Positions 22,330 to 35,900 of a stretch of 64,000 nt of DNA are shown piece after piece. Under the pieces are notes generated by a model. That model had not been told where the DNA came from. It made no database searches and worked only from the letters and a program-made list of their open reading frames with translations. Source of the stretch: Hemiscyllium ocellatum (taxonomy: Eukaryota). Made by a program: the position numbers and the translations under genes. The stretch covers positions 12,338,001 through 12,402,000 of the forward strand of contig NC_083426.1 in the NCBI RefSeq assembly GCF_020745735.1. Reading direction: 5' to 3'. The first letter of the stretch is position 1. Every line of letters starts with the position of its first letter.

Positions 22330-24200
22330 CCCCTCATGCTGGCAATCACCATCCGAGGAAAAAGGCACTCACTATCCACTCTGTCTCACCCTCTGATTGT
22401 CTTATATGTCCCAATCAACTCACCTCTCAATCTTCTTTTCTAGAACAAAAGCACCCTCAAAACCATCAGCATTTCCTCATAACACCTTCCCTCTATACCA
22501 GTCATGGTCCTAGTAAATCTCCTCTGAACCCTTCCACATCCTTCCCATAATGTGGTGACCAGAACTGTACACAATACAACAAGTGCGGCTGCACGAGAGT
22601 TTTCTACAGCTGCAGAATGACCTCATGGCTCTGAAACTCAATCCCTCTACCAATAAAAGCTAACGCACCTTGTGCCTTCATAACAACCCTATCAACCTGG
22701 GTGGCAACTTTCAAGGAGCTATGTACATGGACACCAAGATCTCTCTGCTCATTTACACTACCAAGAATCTTACAATTAGCCCAGTACTCTGCATTCCTGT
22801 TACTCCTTCCAAAGCAAATCACCTCACACTTATCTGCATTAAACTCTATTTGCTACCTCTCAGCCCTGCTCAGCAGCTTATCTACTTCCCTCTATAACAT
22901 ACAACATCCTTCATCACTACCCGCAACTCCACCAAATTCAGTATCATACGTAAATTTACTAACCCATCCTTCTATGCACTCATCCAAGTCATTTATAAAA
23001 ATGACAAACACCAGTGGACCCAAAACAGATTCTTGAGGTACTCCACTGGTAACTGACATTCAGGATGGATATATTTCAACCACAACCCTCTGTCTTCTTT
23101 CAGTTTGCCAATTTCTAATCCAGACCATTAACTCTCCATCAATCTCATGACTCTGCATTTTATGCAAAAGCCTACCGTGGGGAGCCTTCTCAAACACCTT
23201 CCTGAAATCCATATCCACCACGTCAACTGTTTTACCCTCATCCACCTGATTTGTAACCTTCTGAAAGAACTCAATAAAGTTTGTGAGACATGACCTATCC
23301 TTCACAAACTACGTTGGTGTTGACTATACCTCATCACCTTTTTCATTTCTAGATGATTAATGATCCTATCTCTTATAACCCCTTCCAACGCTATACCAAC
23401 AACTGAAGTAAGACTCACTGGTCTATAATTACCGGGGTTGTCTCTACTCCCTTTTTCAACAACGGAACAACATTTGCCACCCTCCAGTCTTCTGGTACTA
23501 TTCTTGGAGACAATAATGACATAAAGATCATAGCCAAAGGCTCACAATCTCCTTCCCAGCTTCCCAGAGAATCCATGGATAAATTCCATCTGGCCCAGAA
23601 GACTTATCTATTTTTATACTTTCCAGAATTGCTAACACCCCACTCTTGTGAACCTCAATCCCATCCTGTAGCTCAGTATTCTCCTCAACAACATTGTCTT
23701 TTTCTAATGTGAATACTGATGAAAAGTAATCATTGTGTGCTTTTCCTATCTCATCTGACTCCACGCACAAACTACCCTACTATCCTTGATTCGCCCTCAT
23801 CTTGCTCTAGTTGTTCTTTTATTCATGACATAGCTGTAGAAAGCCTTAGGGTTTTCCTTGATGCTATGTCCAACAACTTCTCATGTCCCCTCCTGGCTCT
23901 TCTTAACTCTCTCTTTAGGTCTTTCCTGACTAACCTGTAACTCTCAAGTGCCCTTACTGGGCCATCACATCTCATCCGAACATATACCTACTTCTTCGTC
24001 ATGACAAGACATTTACCTTCCTGAATAAACCACGGCTCCTGCACTCAACAACTTCTTCCCTGCCTCATAGATCCCCGCAATAGCTGCTCCTTGAATAAGC
24101 TCCGCATTTCAATTGTGCCCATCCCTTGCAGTTTCCTTCCCCATCCTATGCATCTTCAATCTTGACTAATCAAGTTGTAATTGCCTTGCCCCCTGATCTA
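22330..24200 (-). mobile_element. Degenerate CR1 LINE (RT fragments)
   Basis: SCLTNFIEFF, DFRKVFEKAPHGRL, KSSGPDG motifs. Confidence 0.9.
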
Positions 24201-24689
24201 ACTCTTACCCTGTGGTATATACCTCTCCCTAGGACAGGCAAAAACTGAGAGAAGCTTTGTCAATTCATCTACAGGGCACATTCCAAAGGACCAGAAAAAG
24301 AGCTCTCGCTTAAACTGTAAACTGGAGCTAACGTTCCTACAGCACAGAACATTCCAGAGAGTCCCGGAACTATGTGACAAATAACTCAGGAGTCAAGGAA
24401 TATATCACCAAGTGTTATAATGTGGGACATTAACAAACTATTCCAAAAGCCTTCAAAGCCTTATGGACTTTGTCATTGGGAGGGAGATGTATATCACAGT
24501 GACTCACCGCCAGAGTTCTACACCCCAACTAGTGCTCCAACCCTTTGGTTCTGCCAATGACGTGTGGATGAGGGTACACATCCTGGACATCCTAATGGCG
24601 TTATGACATGGACAATAGTTCCCATGAATTTTCATACATACTCTCTCTCACTCACACACATACATAAACAAACACACTGTCCCATACGG

Positions 24690-25300
24690 TGTGTCGGCAT
24701 TTATCAACAGGGGGCTTGAGTTTCGGTTATGCTTCAGCTGTACAAGACACTGGTAAGGCCACACCTGGAGTATTGTGTGCAGATCTGGTCACCGCATAAT
24801 AGGAGGGACGTGGAAGCATTGGAAATGGTTCAAAGGAGATTTATGAGGATGCTGCCTGGTATATGGAAGGAAGATCTTATGAGGTAAGGCTGAGGGAACT
24901 GAGGCGGTTTTTGTTGGAAGAAAGAAGGTTGAGAGGTGACTTTATTAAGTCATATACTATAATCAGAGCTTTAGATAGGGTGAACAGTGAGAGCCTTTTT
25001 CCTTGGATGGTGATGGCTAACACAAGGGGACAGAGCTTTAAATTGAGGGGTGATAGATTTAGGACTAATGTAGGGGTAGTTTCCTCACTCAGAGAGTAGA
25101 AGTGATGTGGAACGGCCTGCCTATAACAGTAGTAGACTCGTCCATATTGAGGGCATTTAAATGGGCATTGGACAAACACACTGATAATAATGGAACGGGG
25201 TGTAGATTAGATGGGAATCAGATTAGTTTCGCAAGTCAGCACAAAATGGAGGGCCAAAGGTCTTTTAGTGTGCTGTAACATCCTATATTCTGTGTTCTAT
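24690..25300 (+). mobile_element. CR1 3' fragment
   Basis: LYKTLVRPHLEYCVQ and RLRGDFIK motifs. Confidence 0.85.
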
Positions 25301-25834
25301 ATATGTACACTGTCTCTCCCTCACACACATACACATATCTCCTCATCTATGATGTCGTTAACTTCACGCTCAATCATTCCAATATCATTCCAGCTGACAT
25401 TGAATCTTCCAACTTACACTCATCTATTTCTCTCCTCCAGTTTTACATTTTTGAAGGTGCTATATGAATGCAACTTGCCATATTCAATAACTCACTAATG
25501 ACAAGGTTTTGAAAGAAATGAATGTGCCTCTCAGCTCACTGTATTTAGAAAGCTGAAAATCCACCTATCATTCTGAAATAATTTGAACTTTTATCCCACA
25601 TCCTACAATTCAAGTTAACTTCAATGGAATTGAATAATGCTAAAATTTTATCAAATTAAAATTTAAATCTGGTAAAATAGTTTTCCTCCAAAAATTATTT
25701 TATTTCTAAAAGTGTTTCAGTCTGCAGTATGCTGTGTGTGAATGGCTCATTGTAAATGAACACACATTCAGTTTGGGCCCATTCCAGTCAACCCTCAAAC
25801 AGGTTCCTGGTCAATGAGAAATGTAACTGAGAAA

Positions 25835-26190
25835 TATAGAATCCCTACAGTGCAGAACGAGGCCATTTGGCCCATCTGGTCTGCTCCAGGTATCTGAAGA
25901 ACATCCCACCAGACCCAGAACTCCACTCTATTCCCATAGCCACACATTTCCCATGGTTAACCCAATGACACTGCACATCCCTGGACACTATAGGCAATTT
26001 AGCATGACCATTCCACCTAACCTGCGTATTGGTAGACAGTGGGAAAAAAAACTTGAGCAACTTGAGGAAACCCACAGAGACAGATGAAAAATGTGCAAAA
26101 TATACACAGACAATCACCCCAAGGTCTGAACTGAACCCAGGTCACGGGGGCTGTGAGGCAGCAGTGCCAACCACTGAGACACTGCGCTGT
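25835..26190 (-). mobile_element. HE1-like SINE inside the inverted paralog
   Basis: Reverse-complement paralog of 18815-19162. Confidence 0.8.
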
Positions 26191-27281
26191 CCATTTTTGA
26201 GAGGTTGAGGTGTAAAAACAAGTTTCCACACTTGTTGCATGTTTTGATGTTCGTTGTCATTTGGCACTATAAGAAAAATGTGAATATTTTCAAGAGGAAT
26301 GTGTGTTTGATGCCCATGGATGTACAATGAGTGTACGTGTTAATAAACAGGATATTGTGGGTGGCACAATAAAAGAAATAAAAGCAAATTTAAGATGGTG
26401 TTTTTTGAGGGCTTGTTATCACTCCAGTTTTCAGGATGTACTGAACATGTAAAACGTTGGGCAAATTAAAATGATTATGCTGTTTTTTTCACTTTAAAGA
26501 AATATTTCTTGGTCCTTTTTTTAATTCACTCATAATTAATAATGCCACTCTAAAGTAATCAAGAACTATGTCACATGGGACTATAATATGTTCAGGAGAA
26601 GATATGGCATTTTGTGATGTTATTCGGGTATTTTTATATTTGTTCCTTTAAACCTCAAAGACACATGGAGCAGCCAAAGTCCTTGCTGTGTCTGTTTTCT
26701 ACAGGTTGTCACTCGCCTGAAACCAGTTGCTGTAATGTGAGGGGTGTTACTCTGCATTGTGCAAGGCTGACCTGGAACCTTACCCAGTCCTGCTCCCTAC
26801 CACGGACATTTTGGAAGGATTTGCAGATTGATCATGAACCTTATTTGAGGAGGTGCCAGTGTTGGACTGGGTTGGATAATGTTAAAAATAATGCAACAGC
26901 AGATTATAGTCCAAAAGGTTTCATTAGAATTACTAGCTTTTGGAACACTGTTCCTTCATAAGGTTGCTATCTAACAAAGGAACAGTGCTCCGAAAGCTAG
27001 CCCTTCCAAATAGACATGCTGGATTATAACCTGGTGTGTGATCTCTAACTTTGAAACTGTTTGCCTTTGTCAGAATACACATTCCTTTGCAAAATGTGTT
27101 GGAGTGTGAATTGAACTCTGAGCATTTGTCACAACAATAACAATGTTACCCACTGTGTCACACAATCTTCCTTTGGTCCTTTACATACATCCAGATATTT
27201 AAACAACTTGACTGTAAACACCAGACCATAAACTTTATCTAACATTGATTATCTGAATATATAACTCAGACGGTCATTCAC

Positions 27282-27321
27282 CGGGAATGGAACAGATGAG
27301 GAGAATCAAAGTCCACATCAT
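27282..27321 (-). pseudogene. Orphan leader exon [13 protein letters not shown] (gene B shell)
   Basis: Paralog of the two other leaders, with GTGAAT donor and a homologous upstream region. No Ig exon was found between it and the next TM exon. Confidence 0.7.
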
Positions 27322-28669
27322 TTTATTCACAAAGACCAGTTCAAGTATTGATGTCAGTCTCTCAGCTCTTGTTTCTCACATTGTGATAAGTGTGTAATGC
27401 AATGTCTACAAGAAGTTACACGCGGAAGAGGATAAAGGAAGCCAGCGACTGAAACCACAGTGAGCCAGAGGTTGAAATTTTATTCTGGAGATTTTTTTCT
27501 CCTATCAGTTATGTTTAACAGAAGAACTAAATTATTTTTCATTGAAAGAATAGAAAATTCTGAAATCAAGACAGTTAAAGGATTCGGTGATGAAGATCAG
27601 GTTGACCCAAGGTCAGTAGTTATAGTGAAATCTCAACTGAATGACAAGTGGCTCGTTCTCTCATGTTAGAACATTTCAACAGTGTTTGACAAATATAGAT
27701 TTGTTTTGCAAAAAATAATCATGGAGCTAAAATAGAATTTTTTAGAATATTTTGTTTGTTTGCAGAATCTGCCTCCTGTTGATGTTGAATAATTATTGTG
27801 TCAGGATCTGAACTCTGAGGTGTACAGGAGAAGGACACCCTCTGCTCCATTTCCACAAGATCCAAGTAAACAAGCCCTGGGGCCGATTTTAGGCAGAAAA
27901 ACAAACTCAACAACGGAGAGAAAATTCAGGGTGAAGTGAGCTGTGATGGAGTAACTGGGAGTGAGCTTCAGTTCCAAGGTGAGGATCCCTCTGGTGAATG
28001 ACCCAAACTCTACTATTTAAAGAAAACAATTACAATTTTATTATTTAGCTCCAAAATGAACATTAAACGACAATTATTTACAACTCTAAGCATGCTTTCT
28101 CTTAGAGGTTTGTTATAAACCGCCCAATCGATAGCAATATATTGATCCAATAAAGCCCCTATTAAATTTACAGCAAAACAATTTTCAAATCCAGAGAGCA
28201 GTGTCGATCCTCCTCTGTCTGTAGATCTTCTTTGGTCTTCCACTGCACAGATTTTTCATACGAAAAATAAGGCCCCTTTCAGAAAGTGTTTTGAAAAGCA
28301 GTGTGCTGATGGCAGAAGGTGCACTTTTTCTGGCTACCTGTCTAAAATGCATGCTTTTGATACCCCAAAACATCAGATTGTCTCATTGGTTCAATGTTGT
28401 CAAACATGAAAATTCAAATTTGATTGGGTTTTGGTATCCTGGGGCATAATTTAAACAGACTGGTGAAATTCGAACTGCTGAACAAAACAGTCAGGTATCT
28501 AGGTTACAGCCAAAACATTTCAACTTTAAATTTTCCAGCAGACTTTGTGACATGGCAGGTGTTTGCTAGCTTTCACTCCCTCTTAAAGGTACAGTACACA
28601 CCTTCAAACTCATTTCAAAATCCATATCCTGGTAGATGGGCACTCAGCAGTTTTTAAAAGGCCGTTCTT

Positions 28670-28945
28670 CTGAGACAAACAATTACAGGACCTGGAGCTG
28701 CCACAAAGCCCCTCCCTCATTCGGATGGATGTCCCATTTGCTCTGGAATGGTGCAGTGATCCACCCACAACATGGACATGAGCCTGTCCCAGGAGGTTTC
28801 CTTCCCAGAGATTGTGATCAAAGGGTAGGTCTGAAAACTCTCAGTACAGCCTTGAATGACCCAGAGTGCACCACCCACAATATCCTGTTTATTAACACTG
28901 ATGTAGGCTCTAAGAAATGCCTTTCCAGAAAGCCTCTCCACTGAA
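28670..28945 (+). pseudogene. Second copy of the NLR-type LRR fragment (internally deleted)
   Basis: VGLKTLSTALNDPECTTHNILFINTD; DNA paralog of 17760-18050. Confidence 0.5.
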
Positions 28946-29297
28946 CATTTCTGTCAGTGGCTGTGCAAACATAGCTGCAGACATATTCAGATGACATATG
29001 ATATCCTGCTCAGGACATCTGTTCACTGTTTGTTCCATCCACATCCAATAATGTTCTTCAAATGTACCAGGGCCCACAATATTAGCCTCCAGTAAGTGCT
29101 GTTCCAGGGCAGCTCTCTCTCCAATGTGCAGCCAAAAGTAACTAACACTGAGTCTCATTGTACATCCATGGGTATCTATCACACATCCCCCTTGATAATA
29201 TTTACACTTTTTTTCTTCTTGTGTCAAACAACAATGAACATCAAACCATGCAACAAGTGTGGAAACTTGTTTTTTCACACCTCAACTTCTCAAAAAT

Positions 29298-29782
29298 GAC
29301 AGCACAGTGTCTCAGTGGTTAGCACTGCTGCCTCACAGTACCCGTGACCTGGGTTCAGTTCAAACCTTGGGTGACTGTGTGCAGTTTGCATGTTGTCCCT
29401 GTGTCTGTGTGTGTTTCCTCCAGGTGCTACAGTTTTGTCTCCCTGTGTAAATATCTTTTGCTGTAAATTCTGTACCCTATGATCCTACTCCTCCATCTAC
29501 CTGACAAAGGAGCAGCACTCCGAAAGCGTGCACTTCCAGATTAAACTGTTGGGCTGTAACCTGATGTTGTGTGATTTTTAACTTTAAATATGTGCAGGTT
29601 CGGTTGAGTGGTTATGCTAAATTGCCCATTGTGTTCAGAGATGTACAGGCTCAGTGGGTTAGCCATGGGAAATGTGTGGCTATGGGAACAGAGTGGGTTC
29701 TGGGTCTGGTGGGATGTTCTTCAGATGGATGGTGCAGACCAGATGGGCCAAATGGCCTCTTTCTGCACTGTAGGGATTCTAT
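29298..29782 (+). mobile_element. HE1-like SINE with a nested Penelope-type/hammerhead insert (~29455-29585)
   Basis: SINE body is interrupted relative to the 18815 and 62345 paralogs. Confidence 0.75.
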
Positions 29783-32700
29783 AATTCTCAGTTACATTCC
29801 TCATTGACCAGGAACCTGTTTGAGGGTTTGATGGAATTGGCCCAAACTGAATTTGTTTTCAGTTACAATGAGCTATTTATTTGCAGCATGCTGCAGACAG
29901 ATACATTTATAGAAATGAAGTAATTTTAGGAGGAAAACTATTTTACCAGATTTAAATTTTCATTGGATAAAATTTTAAAATGATTCAATTCTATTGAAAT
30001 TTATTTGAATTGCGATGTTTGGGATAAAAGTTCAAATTGTTTTAGAATGATAGGTGGATTTGCAGCTTTCTTAAAGCAGTGAGGTGAGAAGCACATTCAT
30101 TTCTTTCAAAGCCTTGCCTTGTTTGTGTGTTTGTGAATATGGCAAGTTGCATTTATATAACACCTTCAAAGATATAAAGCTGGAGCAGAGATATAGATGA
30201 GTGTAAGTTGATGTATGGTGGAAGATTTAAGGCCAGCTGTAATGATGTTGGACTCGTTCAGTGTGGAGCTAACAATATCGTGGATGAGAGCTCTGTTGGA
30301 CAGGGAGATGGAGGAGTCAGTGGCTAAGGAAAGGTGATTGCAGTGGGATAAAGATAATGGATTCAATCTCCAGAATTGTCAGGTATAATTTTATTGAAGT
30401 TGTGAAAATGCAGAAACAAACACAATCACAGCAGGTCAGTATGTCAGAGACAGCCCTTAAACTGGATCAATGGGGATGGAGGCATCAACCATCACTATCA
30501 ATCCTGAGCCGTATGTCTAGCTGTCTCCTTGGAGAGGTGAACAACTGTCATTCAGACTCAGGCTCAGCACTCACTGTCTGCTGGATATGAGCCACTGGCA
30601 AGAAGATTCAGGATGTGGAGGGGCTGCTGTTGGACTGGGATGGACAAAGCTGAAAATCACACAACACCAGGTTATAGTCCAACAGGTTTATTTGAAAGTT
30701 TCAAAGCACTACTCCTTTGTCAGGGAGCCAGTGGGGCAGGATACATAGGGCACGGGATTTTTCAGTAAAAGATCAAAGTGTCACACAGTGGATGCAATGT
30801 ATTAAAGAAACCGAGATTGCTGTGAAGTCTGTGGTCATGTAGAATGGGATGCAGATTTCAATTGATTAATATGTAAATCCCAGAATTTCTCTCGTCACCG
30901 CCCTGATATATCTTAAGGACTTATCAGTAAATAAAGAAATGATATCTCAGCTCAGACAATGTATTATAGGGATGAGGTTAGAGTGTGTCCCAACCTGGAG
31001 TCAGACTGGTTTTATTGTGCGGGTAGGAATTTAGGAGCCTTAGACATTGCAGATTATCTCCTCACAGACTGACAATTCAGTGTATGGCCATTGTAACTGA
31101 GGATTGCTGTCTTCCACTGTTTGCCATGCAGTGCAGTACAGAAATACCAAACCCAAGTGGCCCTTTAAAATGTACTTGTCTGATTACATTCGCCTCGTTA
31201 ATAAGACCCTGAGGGTGAACAACGTTGTTGGCAATAATTGCTTGAGGCCATCTCCTCTAATGTTTATTTTTGGAGAATGAGTGACCTGTTGTTGAAGTGT
31301 AAGTTGATGGCAGTGGTAGGACTGAATCAGTGGATGCACGGTGGATGCAATTGCCCTGAATAGGTTTCAAATTCATTGAATTTTAATGCAGCTCCCCTTC
31401 CCCTCCCAAAATATGAATTACTGTCTCCACCCCCACACTGTAATTGGGTGTCTGTCATTTTACACACTTATTGTACAGTGACTGGGTCAGGATTGGTGAA
31501 GTGTCAACTGAGTGTTTTTGTAACAAAAACAGAAATTGCTGGAGAAACACAGCAGGTCTGGCAATGTCTGTGGAGAGAAAGCAGAATTACTGTTTTGGGT
31601 CCATTGATTATCCTTCAGAACTATTAGTAGTTTCAATAAAGCGTTCCATATCCTGCAGATACAGAGTGTGTCTTTCCTGTGAATTAACAACAGACTCTAT
31701 CTGTGGTGCAGAATGATCCTTCTTCCTCTCTTTATTGTTGCTGTCCCTGTGGATCCAATGATCTTTTGTCATCTCACTGTTTCTGTTAATTCTCGCTCTA
31801 TTGACATTATGTCCCTAATTTCCCATCAGAGCTCATGTCTTTGAGAATTACAAAGCCCTTATTGGCCCTAACCCTCCCTATGTGAATGACAAAGTGACAG
31901 TGACCTGGGATAACCCCACCTCCTGTTGTTCTCTGACGCCTTCTATGTTCTATGAGAGCCCCAGAAAGGGGGATTCAATGCTGTGTTTCCTCTTTATATC
32001 AGACAAGACTCAGGTTTCTGTGTTTAAATGATTATTAATGTCTGCATGGGAGCTGTACATACCAACAAATGCTGACCAGATCAATTCATTCGAATAGCAA
32101 CAAATGTATCTTAATATTTTAACAGATAACAAGGTTTCGTCCAATCAAACATTTACACACTAGCTCTCTTGTCTCTCTACCCAACAACATTTACATTGTT
32201 TTTGTTCCAGATTAGAACACATGACTATGTTATCCAGTGAGATTTAAATGAGGGCATGGACAGGGCGAAGAGCCAAGGTCTTTTTCATTTCTGGGAGTGT
32301 CCAGACCTAGAGGGCAGAGGTTGAAGGTGAGAAGGAAATTATTTCAAAATTACCTGAGGAGTAACATTTTCATGCAGAGGATGTGCATTTATGAAATGAT
32401 CTGCCAGAGGAAGTGGTGGAGGCTGGTACAATGACAGCGTTTAACAGCATGAGGTCACCATGGAGAGAGATGAGGCAGGACCAGAGTAGGCCATTCTGCC
32501 CCTCTAGGCTCCGTCAGCATTCACATGGATCAAAGCAGATCTTCTGCCTGAGTACCACTTTTCTTGCACTTACCCCATGTCCCTCCCTAACTTTATTACT
32601 GATCACTGTTTTGAATATAATCAAGGCTGGAGCTTCCAGAGCTCTCTGGGGCAGAGAATTCCAACAAACAATCACCCTCTGAGTGAAGAAATTCCTGCTC

Positions 32701-32834
32701 ATCTCAGTCCCAAATGGTCAACCCATTCTTCTCAATCTGTGTATCCTGCTTCGAACTCCCTCCACGCAGGGCCACCTCATTGATGGGGAACTTAGAGTGC
32801 TCAAAATCATCCTTGTAAAGGCCATGATGCTCAC

Positions 32835-32925
32835 CTAATGTTTTTGTGGAAACATTGTGACTGAAACAGAACAAATCACCAGGAGAGTGAAGAATACCCA
32901 GCGTATCACATCCCAGACAACGTAA
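32835..32925 (-). CDS. Gene A transmembrane exon ending in TAG
   Basis: ttttacacag acceptor, 91 nt, [32 protein letters not shown] lies immediately before a retained GTGAG donor. Confidence 0.85.
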
Positions 32926-35900
32926 CTGTGTAAAACAGAAGAAATACAAAATCATTTGAAGGAAACAAGACTGCTTGATGTTTCAAACATTTATCCTCTG
33001 TTTACACTGCAGTATAGAGTCATAGAGATGTACAGCATGGAAACAGATCCTTCTGTCCAACCTGTCCTTGCCGACCAGATATCCCAACCCTATCTAGTCC
33101 CACCTGCCAGCATCCGGCCCATATCCCTCCAAACCCTTCATATTCATATCCCCATCCTAATGCCTCTTAAATGCTGCAATTGTACCAGTCTCCACCACTT
33201 CCTCTGGCAGCTCATTCCATACACTTACCACCCTCTGTGTGGAAAGATTGCCCCTGAGGTCTCTTTAATATCTTTCCCCTCTCACCCTAAACCTATGTCC
33301 TCTAGTTCTGGACTCCCCTATCCCCGGGAAAAGACTTTGTCTATTTATCCTATCCATGCCCTTCATAATTTTGTAAACCTCTATAAGGTCACCACTCAGC
33401 CTCCAACGCTCCAGGGAGTACAGCCACAGCCTGTTCAACCTCTCCCTATAACTCAAATCCTCCAACCCTGGCAACATCCTCGTAAATCCTTTCTGAATCC
33501 TTTCAAGTTTCACAACATCTTTCCGATAGAAAGGAGACCAGAATTGCACGCAATACTCCGACAGTGGAATTGGAGGTGTGGAGGACAGTGAAGAGGCTTC
33601 CAGAAATTACAACAGGATCTAGACCAGATGGGCCAATGGGCTGAGAAGTGGCAGATGGAGTTTAATTCAGATAAATGTGAGGTGCTGCATTTTGGGAAAG
33701 CAAATCTTAGCAGGACTTATCCACTTAATGGTAAGGTCCTTGGGAATGTTGCTGAACGAAGAGACCTTGGAGTGCAGGTTCAAAGCCCCTTGAAAGTGGA
33801 GTCACAGGTAGATAGGATAGTGAAGAAGGCATTTGGTATGCTTTCCTTTATTGGTCAGAGTATTGTGTAGAGGAGTTGAGATGTCATGTTGCGGTTGTAC
33901 AGGACATTGGTATATTGTAGCAAAGTAAAGCAGCACAGCTCAGTGAGTTATGTGGGAAAATTAAATTTCAGTTTAATTTATTACTGACTTGAACAACAGA
34001 TAACTGGGAACTGAGGCATGAACCATTTCACTGGGTTTTGTTCCCTGAGTATTTGAGGCTGTGCAGTAATATTGATGATGTTGTTGTGTGAAGGATTGAC
34101 AATGTAGCTCCAGTTTGTTGGTGTCAGAGATCATTGAATCTTGTGTTGGGGTCTTCTCAGACCATGTGATGTGAATGAGGAGGAATCCTCGGGCAGACTC
34201 ACAGGAGATTGTGACTAAACCCCCAGAGCATGAGACATTTGGTTGTGATTAAAATTGAAGTTCAGGAAACTTTCCTTTTTGGGAAATAAACATTTATTAG
34301 AAAACTGACTATATTGGAAAAGCCAGAAACCACTAACACTTTTCCCTTCATTATCCCATTCACTGTCATAGACTCATATGACACAGAAATAGTCCCTGCA
34401 GTTTAATACATCCGCGATGAACAAGTTTCTCAAAAAAACCAGTCCCACTTGTTTGCATTTGGCGCGTTCCCTCCAAGTCTTTCCTATTTATGTACTGATC
34501 CAAATGTCTTTTTAATCTTGCAACTGCCCCTTCATCTCCCATGTCCTCTGGCAGCTCATTCCACATATGAGCCACTCTCTCAGTGAGAATGTTGCCTCTC
34601 AGGTTCATTTCACATTTTTCTCCTCTCACCATGAAAACATGACCCCTCACCTTGAACTCTCCCAGCTTCGTGAAAACAACCTTTGCTAAACACCTTATCT
34701 AGATCTCTCATGATTTTATAATCCCCGATAAAGTCACCTCCCAACCTCCTCCGCTCCAGGGGAAAACGTCCCAGCCTATCCCTATCACTCAAACCCTCCA
34801 GTCACAGCAACATCTTAGGAAATCTTCGGTGAATCTTAGTAAATCTTCAATTTAATAATAATCTTCCTGAAGCAGGTTGATTCAAACTGTGCACAGTAAT
34901 CCAAAAGTGGCCTCACCATCATTCTGTACAGGTGCAGCGTGAGGTTCCAACTCCGACACTCAGTGGTCTGAGAAATGATTGTAAACATGCTCAGTACCTT
35001 CTGAACCACCCTGTCTATCTCTGGTGCAAATTTTTAAAGATCCCCTGGGTCTCTCTGTTCGATAGCATTACCCAGGCCCTACTTTTAATTGTATTAGTCC
35101 TGTCCTTGTTTGTTTTACCAAAAGGCTATACCTCACATTGATCCAAATTAAAATCCATCTGCCAATCCCCAGTCCATAGGATCAATTGATCAAGATCCCT
35201 TTGCAATCATAGATAACTTTTGTCACTGACAACAATACCACCAATTTTGGTGCCATCCACGAACTTACTAACCATGTCTTCTAATTTCTCATTCAAATTA
35301 TTTGTATAAATTACACTGATCCCTGCAGAACACCACTGATCACAGGCCTCCAATCCAAACAAATGACCCTCCACCACCCTCTGTCTCCTGCCATCAAGCT
35401 AATTTTGATTTAGTTGGCAAGCTCACCCTGAATCCCATGTGATCTAACTTTATGACTCAGTCTCCCATGTGGAACCTTGTTCCTAAAGTCCATATGGACA
35501 ACATCTACTGCTCTACTCTCGCAACATTTTTGGCTCCATTCTCAAAACCCTCAATCAAGTTTAGAACGCACAATTTCCCACATGCTATCCCGAATCAGTT
35601 CTTGCCTCTCTAAATGCCTGTAAATCAGATCTCTCAAAATCGCCTTCAACAACTTACCCACCACTGATGTCAGACTCAGATCTGTAATTTTGGTTAGAGT
35701 AGTGCAGGAAAAGCACAGCTGGTCAGGCAGCATCCGAGGAGCAGGAAAATCGACGTTCAGGCAAAAGCCCTTCATCAGGAATAGAGGCAGGATTCCTCCA
35801 GGGTGGAAAGATAAATGGGGGGGGGTGGGACTGGGGAGAAGGTAGCAAATATTACAATAGGTGAATGGGGATGGGGATGGAGGTGATAGGTCAGAGAAGA

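Larger units (their letters stand above)
24230..26370 (-). repeat. Inverted mosaic paralog of ~17960-20620, interrupted by a CR1 fragment
   Basis: For example 25560-25780 is the reverse complement of ~19210-19440, and 24360-24480 of ~18235-18355. Confidence 0.85.
27750..33000. repeat. Older internal duplication, paralog of ~17200-22000 (and 60750-64000)
   Basis: Shares NLR remnant, SINE, Penelope-like segment and TM exon; TM exons are 11351 bp apart. Confidence 0.9.
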
